The translations under genes were made by a program, and so were the position numbers. A DNA stretch of 64,000 nucleotides from Octopus sinensis. Lineage: Eukaryota. The stretch lies in the NCBI RefSeq assembly GCF_006345805.1, contig NC_042998.1, forward strand, positions 166,966,001 through 167,030,000. Reading direction: 5' to 3'. This document shows, piece by piece, positions 27,255 through 40,256 of the stretch. How positions within the stretch are numbered: position 1 is the stretch's first letter; every line of letters starts with the position of its first letter. The notes under the pieces are model-generated. The model searched no databases. It was given only the letters and a program-made list of their open reading frames with translations, and was not told where the DNA came from.

Positions 27255-27475
27255 TTATTTTACTTGTTTCAATGAGTGGACTGCAGGCATGCGTGGGCAC
27301 CATTTTGAAGGGTTTAGTCGATATTGGCCCCAGTTTTTAATTATTAAGCCTGGTACTAATTCTATAGAAACGCTTTACCGAATCGCTATGTTACAAGGGC
27401 GTACACAAATCAACACCGGTTACCAGGCGGCGGAGAGACAAACACAAATGCATACACATATACGCATACACACGC

Positions 27476-27521
<46 letters not shown>

Positions 27522-27934
27522 TTATATGTGTGTGTGTATGTATGCATGTATGTATGTTTGTATGTGTGTATGTATGTGTGTGTGTATTATATATATATAA
27601 TGTCTAAAACCGCAAACATTACGGAAATTTTCATTTAGAAATTTTGCGTAAAATGGCGTTGCAAATAGAGTTGCTACAGAAACAATTGTAACGAATCTTT
27701 AAAGATGTGTTAAAAAATATTCTTTATCTTCTTTTCATTATGTGTGTGTGTGTGTGTTTGTGTGTGCACGACATGCTTCCAAACAATTTATTTCTACTAA
27801 ATACATTCATAAATCACTGGTTGGTCCAGAGTTATATTAGAACCAAGATAAGAATTGCGTGATTCTCGTGCAAATATGGTAGCCGGAGTGAAGAATTGTT
27901 GTTTACAGTCACTATATAATAAAAAAAAAACAAA

Positions 27935-28181
27935 TGCGCCATTTTAAAGCCTAGCCAGGTTCATGGGCCGGTTTCCTGATTTCTATGGCGTATGTGTTCC
28001 CCAGCTGGACGGGACGCCAGTCCGTCACAGCGTTACTCATTTTTGCCAGCTGAGTGGACTGAAGCAACATGAAATGAAGTGTTTTGCTGAAGAACACAAC
28101 GCGTCGCCCGGTCTAGGAATCGAAACCACAATCTTACGATCATGATGCTGACACCCTAAACACTAAGCCACGCGCGTCCAC
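27935..28181 (-). mobile_element. V-domain tRNA SINE
   Basis: TGACGGACTGGCGTCCCGTCCAG V-domain; 14-bp TSD TTACAGTCACTATA (27903-27916 and 28182-28195). Confidence 0.85.
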
Positions 28182-28229
28182 TTACAGTCACTATAATGCT
28201 TCATATATACACTTCATCTTTCATTGAAT

Positions 28230-29395
28230 GAATCTATATTTGCTCAGCCATCTGTGGAAACTATTAGCACAACTAGTTGACATATTGTCAAGCACTAAAT
28301 ATTCTGCTGTAAATCTGAGCAAGTTGGCAGAATTACAGGAACAGCTGGGTTCAAAGTAACACAGATTGATTCAGGATGTGTCTACTTGCTGGAATTCAAT
28401 ATTCTACACGCGGGAAAGAAATACTGAACAGCGAAATGTCCTTGTTATATATGCTATAGACCAGGCATGGGCATCCTTTTCCAAGAGGTGGGCCGCATGA
28501 GATATGACTCATCAAGCAAGCTGCACTACTAAAAAATTCAAGATAATGCTTCATTCAGTTGTGCCAGTCAGAAAGTCCCGCGGGCAGCACGTTGCCTGTA
28601 ACTGCTATAAATAGTCACTTTCCTATACAAGGTGATTATCAGTTGTCTTCGGCAGAAAAAATGTTGTTTAGCTTATATAACCATTCGAAGCAAGCAAGAA
28701 GCCTCTTTCTCGTTAATTATCCCGCTAATTCAAACTACGAAATTACCCATATCAAAGGCAAGTATTTTCTTTGCTGGAATTCTTACCACAGAGCATTAAT
28801 TTTTAGATAAGGATAGATTTTCAGCATATTTGGAAAATATGTCTTCGCCTTTTTTTTTTTTTTTTTGTTAAATACAAGATTCAACAGGAAATTTCAAAGA
28901 ACATATATAGTACAAAAAATAATTGGGTTAATTTGGAAAAATGTAGATTCTTCAGAATGGAAAGAGAATTCAGATGAAGATACTTTTATTTCTGAAAGGT
29001 GCTAATGTAAATGAAGATGCATCTCTTAACTTTTTCAAATATATTTGATAAGTTAGCTTCTGATAAACGGAAGAATGGTGAGAAGCAGATATCACAGAGG
29101 AAGAACCAAAGAATGAATGAAACGGACCAGTAAAATTTTTCATTTTAGTAAAGAATTTTAAGGATATTTGAATTTACTTTTGCTACCAAGACAGGAAGAT
29201 CGTGGTGGAGAAATTCAAAAGAAGTTTTTCCGTTTGAGAAAGTTTTCTTTGAAATGTTGCAGAGCCCGAATTTCCTCTATTGAAACTGAAAGCGTTTTCA
29301 GCACAGGAAGTAACATACATGAACACGCAAGAAATCATTTATGCTCTAAAAATGGAGGAATTTTTTTAATGATTTTACATTATGAGTAAAGAGTT
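28230..29395 (+). mobile_element. Decayed hAT transposase fragments
   Basis: RLIQDVSTCWNSIFY (DVxTRWNS motif) at about 28365, and SSIETESVFSTGSNI..RNHL (hAT dimerisation domain) at about 29270. Confidence 0.65.
28462..28604. mobile_element. hAT MITE
   Basis: CAGGCATGGGCA / GTTGCCTGTAACTG ends; 8-bp TSD-like flanks CTATAGAC / CTATAAAT. Confidence 0.55.
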
Positions 29396-29900
29396 CTGAA
29401 ATTTGATTTCAATTTATATATTTTCTTTAAAATGGTTAAGCTAACAGGAATCGCAAGTGGGAAATTCTTAATACTTCTAAGTAAACAAATCTAATCGGAA
29501 TTTTTATAATTTTTAAATTAATTTCTTTTCAAAAGATTAGTTAGACACATATCCTCTCAGGAGGGTAGGAGAATATCACTGCTACTTTAATACCCATTTA
29601 TTGATGGGAAATAAAGACCCGGGGCTGTCCCAAGTAATTTCCAGTCGTGTAGAGCAGCATGCTCAAGCACTGGGAATAAGGGTTAGATTACACTGAGGGG
29701 CTTTAAAAAAATAACGTGTTTTATATGTATTGCAACATGCTAAATCCGCCATGCTTTCTGAACATTTTGTCAGCCATGGTCCTCATGCTTCAGTATACAT
29801 GTTATCGATTACGATAAAAGACAACAATAACCGATTATCAAAACCGATTAATCAATCAATCAAAATACCGATGCCGATTTATCAGCAAAATGGTTGTTAA

Positions 29901-30058
29901 CAGGTGCAGTCCTGTAGTTAGTAGCTTGCTTACCAACCACATGGTTCTGGGTTCAGTCCCACTGTGTGGCCCCTTGGCCAAGTGTCTTCTACTATAGCCA
30001 CGGGCCGACCAAAGCCTTGTGAGGGGATTTGGTAGACGGAAACTGAAAGAAGCCCGTC

Positions 30059-30108
<50 letters not shown>

Positions 30109-30341
30109 GTGTGTGTGTGTGTGTGTGAATGTGTGTGTGTGAATGTGTCTATGCTTGTGTGTCTGTGTTTGTTCCCCAACATCGCTTGACAACCGATGCT
30201 GGTGTGTTTACATCCCCGTCACTTCGCGGTTGGGCAAAAAGACCGATACAATAGGTACTGGGCTTACAAAGAATAAGTCCTGGGGTCGATTTGCTCGACT
30301 AAAGGCAGTGCTCCAGCATGGCTGAAGTCCAAATAAAAGAA
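29901..30341 (+). mobile_element. CORE-like SINE with internal (TA)(TG) microsatellite
   Basis: Homologous to the 49416 copy. Confidence 0.85.
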
Positions 30342-30539
30342 ATATATATATATATATATGTATATACCTCAATGTTCTTAAAACACAAATCAACATCTTT
30401 GTCTATATATCTACCTTCTCTATAATGTTATCAATTAATATGAAAATTATGTATTAATGGGAAACCTCTATTAATGGCTGATGATTGCTCAACATTTTAA
30501 AACTGTTGTAATATTTACAATATTTAATAAAATGATGTA

Positions 30540-30678
30540 GCGTGAAACGATCGTACCAAATGACTGGAGATATTCTTGTTGCTTATTTTGATTATAATCA
30601 CCCCATGGATTTATATGGATAACACCATACAAAGTTCTGGTGCATCTAACTTAAGTACCATATTCATCTGAATCTAAA
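30540..30678. repeat. Copy of the repeat also found, inverted, at 43980-44120
   Basis: Roughly 80% identity by eye; both copies end in (TA)n at the same end. Confidence 0.7.
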
Positions 30679-30687
30679 TTTTGCTGA

Positions 30688-30733
<46 letters not shown>

Positions 30734-30766
30734 ATATATAACGAGGCAAAATGGATTTTTCATTTT

Positions 30767-30844
30767 AGGTATGGCAAGACCTGCTGACGAGAATTAAGGC
30801 ACTAACCAGAATTCGAAATAATGATCCAGGTATATCTGTGACCT
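30767..30844 (+). ncRNA. Type I hammerhead ribozyme candidate
   Basis: Stem I ACCUG(30779-83)/CAGGU(30827-31); core CUGACGA(30784-90); stem II GAAUU/AAUUC; GAAA(30815-18); stem III AU-AAUG-AU; cleavage triplet AUC (after C30826); distal stem I AGGU/ACCU. Confidence 0.8.
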
Positions 30845-31091
30845 CACTCTACACCTTTTTAGCTGAGGTAGTATGTTAAATTTTGCTCGCCTGCCCGATT
30901 TCTGTTTGTTGCGTATTTTCAGTGTGATTAGTGGATAAGTTGAAGATTTTCACTCTCCTTTCTAGGAAGATGCTGCTTTGTATATCCTCTATTATAATTA
31001 TGAATTTATCTTATAGCTATTTAATACTAATATTGCTTGCTATCATTAATATTATTGTTGCTGCTATTATCAATTAGTTACATTTACCACT

Positions 31092-31156
<65 letters not shown>

Positions 31157-31169
31157 TAATAATAATAAT

Positions 31170-31492
31170 CTCCGATCACGAGCAGAAGTAGTGGGGGAGC
31201 ATCATAGCCATGTGTTGAGAGGGATTCTTTGGGGATTGAATAATTCACCTCTGGAAACATGGATGGTTCTTTCAACATCCTTAAACAACCCTTATTCAGG
31301 GACCTTTTGAGCGGGATGGGCTACGCAACCTGAAGAAAATTCTAACTGGGCCCCACCTGCAAGGTCATGTGCTGTTTATCTTTTTATGAGATCACCATGT
31401 CGCGCACATATGGTTGTGATGCATGTGCCTGGTGTACCCTTATCAGACGGGTAGTCATAATGGGTATATTGGGCTGAACTGCTCTCTCACTC
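31170..31492. repeat. Unclassified interspersed-repeat-like segment inside a (TAA)n array
   Basis: Higher-GC 320-bp block bracketed by pure TAA tracts (31094-31169 and 31493-31550). Confidence 0.45.
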
Positions 31493-31553
<61 letters not shown>

Positions 31554-31849
31554 CGTATTGAGAAGAGCATTGTCGATGTGAGAACTATTACTACACATGT
31601 ATTTTAATTTAACTTTATTTCTATCAAAAAAAAATGAACGAACTAGTGAGTTTAGTTTAATGGCCTACCAATGTATACTATGAGTTTCTTTGCCCTAGGA
31701 ATCGGGAAGACACTCGGCAAGAAATGGAAGCAAATTTGAAAGAAGAAGAAAAACCCATAAATAATAATAATAATAATGATAATAATAATAATAATATCTT
31801 TACGAATATAGGAAGACCATTACTGACAATTGCCCATGCAAAATGCCAG

Positions 31850-32420
31850 CAATGCCCGTTAACTCACCAGCGGTCGGCTTCACTCGGGTTCGTGTTCGCG
31901 GCTTCCATGCAACTGCGGCGCCCTCCTGCTTGACGGGGCTTCGGACAGTCGCCTCCCCGGCGATTGCACAGACCCTGTTCACCCGTTGAAATAATCAAGA
32001 GACAGACCGGGGCAACATACTCAGTGATAATATGGGCCGCAGGCTTGGCAATGTGAGAGCGCTATGATTTCATGAACAAACAAAGGATCACCCAAATGAT
32101 CACTCCCATCCCTGCATATCTGGTTTTATATCCGTGTGACATTCTGCCAGAGAATGCTTTTAAGAAATTTAAGAGCTGCCCCACTCCCAGTGGTCTTCCA
32201 GCACGCTGGGTACCAACCCGGAATTTCTGAGGACCTATGATACTGCTAGAAAGTTGTTAAATCTACACTAGGTTTATCCGACCTTTTGATTGGTCTTGTT
32301 TTTTGTCTTGGGTTTCTAGGCAAGCTTAGTGGGGGCGCCGGTTTAGTTGACCACGATCCAACCATGTAACAGGTTGAACTGGTTTCCACGTTACCAGACG
32401 GACTCGTGAGTGACCACACA
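31850..32420 (+). mobile_element. Possible RTE 5' region and APE endonuclease remnant
   Basis: LGNVRAL (WNVRTL-like), CDIL and a terminal SDH motif; heavily decayed. Confidence 0.35.
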
Positions 32421-32489
32421 TGTGAACTTACACTACACACACACGCACACATTTATGTATGTATATAATATATATTCTTTTATTCCTTA

Positions 32490-33005
<516 letters not shown>

Positions 33006-33329
33006 TTTATTTCAAAAATTTTGCCGTAAAGGCATGATACAGTGTAGCTTGCGGGCTGGACAAAGACATTGATGAGGTAAATAATGAAAAGGATGATATT
33101 AATGGGAGAAGACAAAAAACGCCCGCCGATTTTTTGCTTCTCTAAAACATTATTCTCTTGTTTTTTCACAGAAAAAGACAAAACGAGGTAATGAACCTCT
33201 TACTTCAGTTTTACAATTTCTGGACTAATAGTCCATTTAAGAATTGGGCGTTAAACTTCTTAAACACGATACCATGCAATAAACATTAAACATTATACAA
33301 TAAGTATTATAACACTGAGGCTTTTCAAT

Positions 33330-34900
33330 CTCTAGTCACTATTCCTCCCGACATCGCTTGTGCCCGGATACTCCGCCATCCCCTACGTCTCATTCAAGAC
33401 CAAGGCGGGATCCGAGCCGGCGTCGCCCGGCCACAAGCGATATTCCTCATTGAGTCCCTGCAGCCTATATCTCACAGACAACGTTATGACCTTCATATCT
33501 GTCTGCGGAGGCCATTCCGGATCCTGTGTGAAGGTTAAAGGTACTCCCTTATGGTGCTTTCCACCACCCCTTGTACCTCTCCGCCTCTGTAGAAGAAGAC
33601 CAATAGTTCCTCTTCCTCCAGGTTCGAGGTAGTCAATTCTACCGTTGGCGGCACAATTTCCCCCAACGGTGTTTCTTTCTCTGCCGGTGGCACAACCCCT
33701 ACCGCCAAGGTTCCAGGACATTCCGGTGCTATGTCACCGACTGTCGGCAATGTACCGTTTCTCTTCCTCTTCCTCTTTTTTCTCTCAACTGAGGGAGGGT
33801 GCGCCTCCTCTGTGACCAGGAGATTCGCTTCCTATCCCTCTTCCCTAGGATCCTTCGGTGAGCATCCATTGTTGCTCACCTTCTTCCTCTTGCGGCCCTT
33901 CTTTAAGGAGTCCTCTGTCTCCTCGGCCGCCTTCGTTCCTTCTTCTATAGAGGTCTCAATCAACTGCTCCAGGACTTTACTTTGTTCATGAGGACAGTTT
34001 TTCTTTATATGGCCAGGCTCCAGGCACCAATGACACCTGGGGAGGCGACCCTAAAAAATCACCGGGTACCTGCACCCGGCCATTTAAAAAAAAATCTAGC
34101 ATAACCAGATTCATGGCTGATTGGGTCCACAGGGTCAAAACAGCTTTTGACCCAACCCAGTCAGCCGCAGGAAGGATTTTCACATAGAGGAATATGCCAC
34201 TCAGACCCCGGCGGATAGTATCGTCTATCCACTGGAGTTCAATTCCGGGTGGCAAACCACAGACCCAAGCCCTCGTCAATTTTTTCCACAATAAGTGGGA
34301 AGAAACAAAATTTCTTTACCCTCAACAGGCTGGCTCGCAAAACTGCGAGCGTCCTCTGGGGCGTCCAACAGCAATCACATCGTTGCATATTTGACATCCC
34401 TAGAGATATACTTAATGGTTGGCAGATGTTCCGCCAACTCCTGCTCAATCATCTGCTTGGAGAAGACGGCAATGGTGTCGAGAATCTTTGAATATGTTCT
34501 CAACACCACCATCCTCTCCTCTTGCTGTCTGAGACAATCTCCCACTCTACAATCTTATCCGTATTTTTGCCATGTTTTAAATTAAAAAGTAAAAAGTCCA
34601 AAACAATAGTTCACAAATTTCAAAAAGAAAAGAGAGAAATCAAAAGGAAACAAAAGGGAAGAAGAAAAAAAGCAAACAGTTCAATAAAAAGTCACAACAG
34701 AAGAAAACAATAGTTCAAAAAAACACAGCAAAGAAATCTTCTGGGATCCAGGTACTCCAAGCCCTATGGTACTCCGATTAGAACCTGGACTGCTCCACTT
34801 GAAATACAGCTTTCCAATTATTGGTAAACGTAGTTGTAAAAATACACTCTATTTACAAACAGCGAACAACTTTTGGTGACAGGATACGTCACCAAACTAT
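33330..34900 (-). mobile_element. Tx1-clade LINE 5' portion (5' UTR, ORF1, start of ORF2)
   Basis: ORF1-like RAWVCGLPPGIE.. and gag-type knuckle PRCHWCLEPGHIKKNCP (CX2CX4HX4C, 33994-34035), followed by an acidic/basic tail. Confidence 0.7.
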
Positions 34901-35080
34901 ACTTCTCATAATGAGAAAAAAATGTTCACTTCATGTGAATACTTGAAATAAGCTTTCCAATAAATGGTAAATGTTGTTGTAAAAACATACACTATTAAAA
35001 AGTGAAGAACTTTTGGTTGAAGAATACGCCCCCAAACTGTATTTCTCACAATGAGAAAATAATTTTTCACTTAATGGGAA
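34797..35080. repeat. Two diverged tandem monomers of about 144 bp
   Basis: ACTTGAAATA(C)AGCTTTCCAAT.. at 34797 and 34941. Confidence 0.8.
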
Positions 35081-36067
35081 CAATATTGCTGAACTACAAG
35101 CAGACCAACATCCTGAATCCAGTAAGGACACCATGTTTGTAAAGAATATAATCACAGACAACAACCCCCACTGGATCCAAGAGACAAAAGTCTTACCTTG
35201 CAGCAGCTTCTTTTGGCAGGCTAAACACTGCCGGCTATCTTCTTCAGTGCACAACACAATGATGCATGCGTACACTGACAACAGAGACTCATGGGAAGTA
35301 GGTAGTCAAGCTACTTACCACACAGCTTCTCCTGCGCCTATATATATATGCATATATATGTAAAGGTTATCGACATGCTTAACTGAATTTTGCTAAAGTT
35401 ATGTAATAAGAGGCGCTTGTATCAGAGTAATACATTAAGTAGCTAGTTTTCACACATGCAGAAAAGAAAACCCCCGAAAACCAGACAAAGTGTCGTCTTA
35501 ATTCTAAGTTGTTAGATCTATTGTAAACTGCTAGGACAACTTAAAGCTTCATTGTTATACATTTATACTAGTTATACACATATACTAGTGGAGAGATTAA
35601 AAAGGCTTAGTGTTTAAAAAAAATAGCTGTATTGTCCTTTCTCCATTGCAAACGTGAACTAGTCAAGTTTTAACGGGGATTGGACTACTCTAAATGCATT
35701 CAATGGACAGTTATCTGAGAACTTAGACTGAACGTATGAAATGATGTTTTGTCTCTTTCTCGGGAGAGGTCTGATTCTTGCCTACTTCTTATCGTTGTAT
35801 TTATTTTCATAACACAAGTGTTTTTTCGAGTGACCGAGTTTATTCTTATTTCTGTATAGCGGAATTATTCTCCTAGTATCAGCTAAAGCCAAGATATCGA
35901 GCAGAATTATTTGTTTCTCTAGTTATTTATTCGATTCTATCAGTTTAGTATCTACTAAGTTTCAAAAGTAAGAGATAAGGTGGAGATGGTCAAACAGGCG
36001 ACATTTCGCTAGTATAATCTTAGAAGTGTCATTAATAGGAAGAACAGAAATACTCTTTAAATTTTTA

Positions 36068-36490
36068 CTTGTTTCAATCATTAAATTGCGGTCATGCTGG
36101 GGCACCGCCTCCTCAAAGTAAATTTAGTCGAATGAATCAACCCTGGGACTTGCATTTTTTTAAGGCTGGTATTTATTCTATGGGTCCCTTTTACCAAACC
36201 CTTACGTTGCGGGGACGTAAGCACACCAACACCAGTTGTCAAGTGGTGGTGGGGGACAAACATACACACACACACACGCACGCACGCACACACGCACACA
36301 CACACACACACACACGCACACACACACACATATATATGTATATATATATATATATATATATACAAGGGGCTTCTTTTCAGTTTCCGTCAACCAAATCCAC
36401 CCAAAGGCCTTTTGTAGAAGACACTTGCCCAAGGTGACAGGCAGTGGGACTGAACCTAGAACCATGTGGTTGGGAAGCAAGCTTCTTATC
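36068..36490 (-). mobile_element. CORE-like SINE
   Basis: Homologous to the 49416 copy; internal CA/TA tract. Confidence 0.8.
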
Positions 36491-36689
36491 ACACGCCTAG
36501 AGGAAATCGAGATATAGATAAGATTTGAAAAGACTACGGTGAGTAAATAAAGCCACAGCAGAAAATATCGGATCGTCACTGGAATTAAGGCTCAGTATTA
36601 TTAGATTACTTACAACTGAAATTAAATACATTCTTTGTCAGACAAAAAAGTACATAATCAGTTGTTAACGAGTAAATTGTGGCAGAAAC

Positions 36690-36893
36690 TGGAAGTGACG
36701 ACACACACACTCTCACACACATATATATATGTATATATAAATACACGCACACACGACATTTTTAGTTTCCGTCCACCAAATCCACTCACAAGGCTTTAGT
36801 CGACTCGACACTATAGTAGAAGACACTTGCCCAATGTGCCACAGAATCACGTGGCTAGGAAACAAGCTTCTTACTACGCAGCTACGCCTGCGC

Positions 36894-36895
<2 letters not shown>
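36690..36895 (-). mobile_element. CORE-like SINE 5' half
   Basis: Head and core only. Confidence 0.7.
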
Positions 36896-36935
<40 letters not shown>

Positions 36936-39448
36936 AAGTTTGGTACAAGTTATAAAAGTATAAATTTTCGCGTTTAGAAATAAAAGATAGAAATTTTGAT
37001 TTCTTAAGCTAATATAATTTCGGGTTAAACAGAATTGCATTTTCTTTGTTCTTTTTTGTTTCTTGAATTTTTGAATTTTTTGTGTGGAATGAAAAATTTT
37101 TTGTGCCGGCCTCCATTGAACCTTGCGCTGACAAAGAAACAAATAGGATTTTCAGGAAATGACTAAATGCGTAGATTGGAGATTCTGCTTTGATGGAAGG
37201 AGAGTGGTGCAAGCAGACTTAGCCATTGTGTTGCATGTGTTGACATGTAAGTACATGCGTTTTTGTGTGTCAGAACCCTGCGTGTATTTGTTTGCTTTCG
37301 GTGGAATTTAAGATGACATATTTCACATTCCATAAGAAATTTTTAGCCTTGTATATTTATTCTATAGAAGAGGAACATTGCCATCCAGTAATAAGTTTGA
37401 AATAACGTATCATATTATCAGGGTGTTGGTGGTGGACCCAGCTTTCTTTAAGTTCCAAGTTTTTTTTATCTATAAAAATATTTTACCTTTTGGAAGTAGT
37501 TGTCACGAGAAAAAGGTTTGGGGAAGTCATAATCTAGGTATTTTTCCTCTTTTGACATTACAGATTATTTTTCTTCCTTTTCTAATCTTTTTTCTCTTTT
37601 ATTTTTTGTTATTTAAGTAACTTAAGTGGTCTCATGTGAATTTGTCTCGGCGAGAATGTGCCCAAAGAATCTAAACATGCTTGCTTTCAAATGACAACTC
37701 TCCTAAGGGAAAACAAGGAATTTTGCGATTTATTTTCTTCGGTAGAAAATAATATCTTTTCAATTATGGATCTTTGTATACTTGAATATTACCAATAATT
37801 TCGTGAAGAATGTTAAGAATTCACAGAATTAGGGTGATATACATTTCAATCATTATAGCAAAGTGCATGTGAAAGTATTTTCGAAAGAAACCTGAGTTTT
37901 GATACAAATTGTTTAAATTAAACAAATATTCCTTAAACGGATTTTAAACTTGATTCAAATTTTTTTCTTCTATTTTCCTTGTCGTAGTCTTTTATTTACC
38001 ATTCTAGAGAAAGGTAGCCAGCTGGCAGAAACGTTAGCGAGTAGGACAAAAACTCTTTAACCGCATTTCTTTCGGCTCTTTATGTTGTGAGTTCAAAATT
38101 CGGCTGAGATCAACTTTACCTGTCAAATACTGAGTAAATCTTATCGACTAAACACCTTCACCACAAAATTACTTAGCCACCTCCACATTAATTCTGTAAC
38201 AGGTAATTCCGCTGATCAAACGACTGAGTCCTCATCATCGAAAGACATAGAGCCATTACCATTATAATAAAAAAAAAAGGTGAATGGGGCAAAGTGTAAT
38301 GCACCAAACAAGATTACTTAGTATAGATTCTCGTATATACGTGATACCTTTTTTCATTCGAAGATATTGATATTATTTAACATTTATTGTAGTGCATACA
38401 TCGCTCATTTTCCCATAAAATACAGCCTAAAATCCAAAATACTGCTCATCTATTAACCATACAAGATAGATGGTACATTCTTATTAGCAGTCTATAGAAG
38501 AGTAAATTTGTTGTTTAACTTTATATTGTAAGCAGCAAACTTCAATCATTAGTTTTTCAGTCAATAATTGAAATATTGATAACATCTTCATTACAGGAAA
38601 ATGAATTCTGAATCCCTTATTTACAAGGTAGGAAAGCAGTTTAAGTATTGTAACCGTGCCTTCGTATTGCACGCACGGAAGTAATGCAGACCACTACTTA
38701 CTAACTATATACCGTTGATATGAATTCCGCTGTCCTTGATAAGCTTCTGAACACGGTCTTTCACACCAGAAAATATATTTGATATTCTGTATTTTCCAGC
38801 AATGAGGACAGCTCCAATTTCGAGGCCTACGTCGATTATGACATGGAAATTTCGTAAAAAAAAAAAATTGTCAGACGGTTTTCAGTACATTCATATACTT
38901 TTCTAAAAGGGTTTGTCAACGACTTAGCAACGTGTAAATTGATCGCTATCAGTTGGTATTTATTTCTTTTACATGTACAGTTCGAAAACACGATAAGTTT
39001 AGTATAGATAACTCTCTTCGAGGTTCAAATTGGCATGTCACAAACTTTTGAGATTTATTTCAAGAAAACTAGTGTCCTCGATGCTGGGGAAATTGGTAAT
39101 TAAAATACGAAGGAAACATTGTGTACATGGATAAACGGAGTGTCTTTTCTTATTTTGCTATTGCATGCGACGAAGTTCGACAAAAGGCGTTGTTACGTGA
39201 AATAAAATAAAATTATAAGAGACACAAGAGTTTATTGACGTGCATTTAATTAGTAAATAATATAATTTATTAGATATATTATAGGGATGAAACTATGAAA
39301 TTTAGTTTTGACTATTTCCATGGAACTTTCAGCCAAGTTTATACAAGTAGTTTTGATAAACACGGCCTGCAACCGATATATGAATGAAGAACTAAGTCAA
39401 ATTATATATCTTAAATGAGGATACCATTTATTAATGCACGAGTATATA

Positions 39449-39696
39449 TTAGGTTGGTGCATAATTATTGCGGCTTCTTTTCAACAAATTTTATTCAACA
39501 AAAACAATAACAACATGTAGCAAAAACATCTTTAAATGATTATCCCGGAGCATATTCACCATCTACTTCAATTACTACTTCCCATTTGCTTGGCAGCCGG
39601 TCGGAATAATCATTTAAAGATGTTTTGCTAAATATTGTTATTGTTTTTTTGGATAAAATTTATTGAAAAAAAGCTGCAGTAATTACACCAATCTAA
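39449..39696. mobile_element. Mariner MITE (internal deletion derivative)
   Basis: About 95-bp TIRs starting TTAGGTTGGTGCATAATTATTGCGG, TA flanks; core retains the transposase C-terminus (WEVVIEVDGEYAPG, minus). Confidence 0.85.
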
Positions 39697-39798
39697 TACG
39701 ACAGCTATGCCACCTTACGTGCTAAGTTCTTATCCCAGAGAGATGTCTTTCATCTTTCCCTTTCTGATAAAATAAGCACGAGAAATATATACTATAGA

Positions 39799-40256
39799 AG
39801 GTGGCGGGTTAGCAGAATCGTTAGCACATCTTGCACAATGGTTAGCGGTATTTCGTCAAGGCGGCGAGCTGGCAGAAACGTTAGTGCGCCGGACGAAATG
39901 CTGAGCGGTATTTCGTCTGCCGCTACGTTCTGAGTTCAAATTCCGCCGAGGTCGACTTTGCCTTTCATCCTTTCGGGGTCGATAAATTAAGTACCAGTTA
40001 CGCACTGGGGTCGATGTAATCGACTTAATACCTATGTCTGTCCTTGTTTGTCTCCTCTATGTTTAGCCCCTTGTGGGTAGTAAAGAAATAGGTATTTCGT
40101 CAATCTTCAAATGTCCTGACTTCAAATTCTGCCGAGGTCGACTTTGCCTTTCGTCCTTTCGAGGTCGATAAAATAAGTACCAATTGAGTACTGGGGTTGA
40201 TGTAATCGACTTACTCTCCCCCGAATTTGCTGGCCTTGTACCAAAATTTGAAGCAA
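39799..40256 (+). mobile_element. Young Meta-SINE (39860-40090) nested in an older Meta-SINE
   Basis: 13-bp TSD GGTATTTCGTCAA at 39847-39859 and 40091-40103. Confidence 0.95.

Noticed and set aside
28086-28125. CTGAAGA...GAAAC
   Set aside because: Antisense of the V-SINE head; no helices.
30769-30829. AG|GT-bounded 61-nt plus-strand exon or recursive splice site (VWQDLLTRIKALTRIRNNDP)
   Set aside because: The same bases are fully explained by the hammerhead fold; the donor GTATAT is weak and the peptide is unrecognised.
31800-31990. GC-rich hairpins as a possible HDV-like ribozyme at an RTE 5' end
   Set aside because: No catalytic J4/2 C-(A/G)-A and no P2 partner found.
32227-32255. CTGAGGA...GAAAG
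   Set aside because: Stem II does not pair.
38680-38850. Protein-looking minus frame HVIIDVGLEIGAVLIAGKYRIS..
   Set aside because: No recognisable family, flanked by stops, and splice sites are unconvincing.
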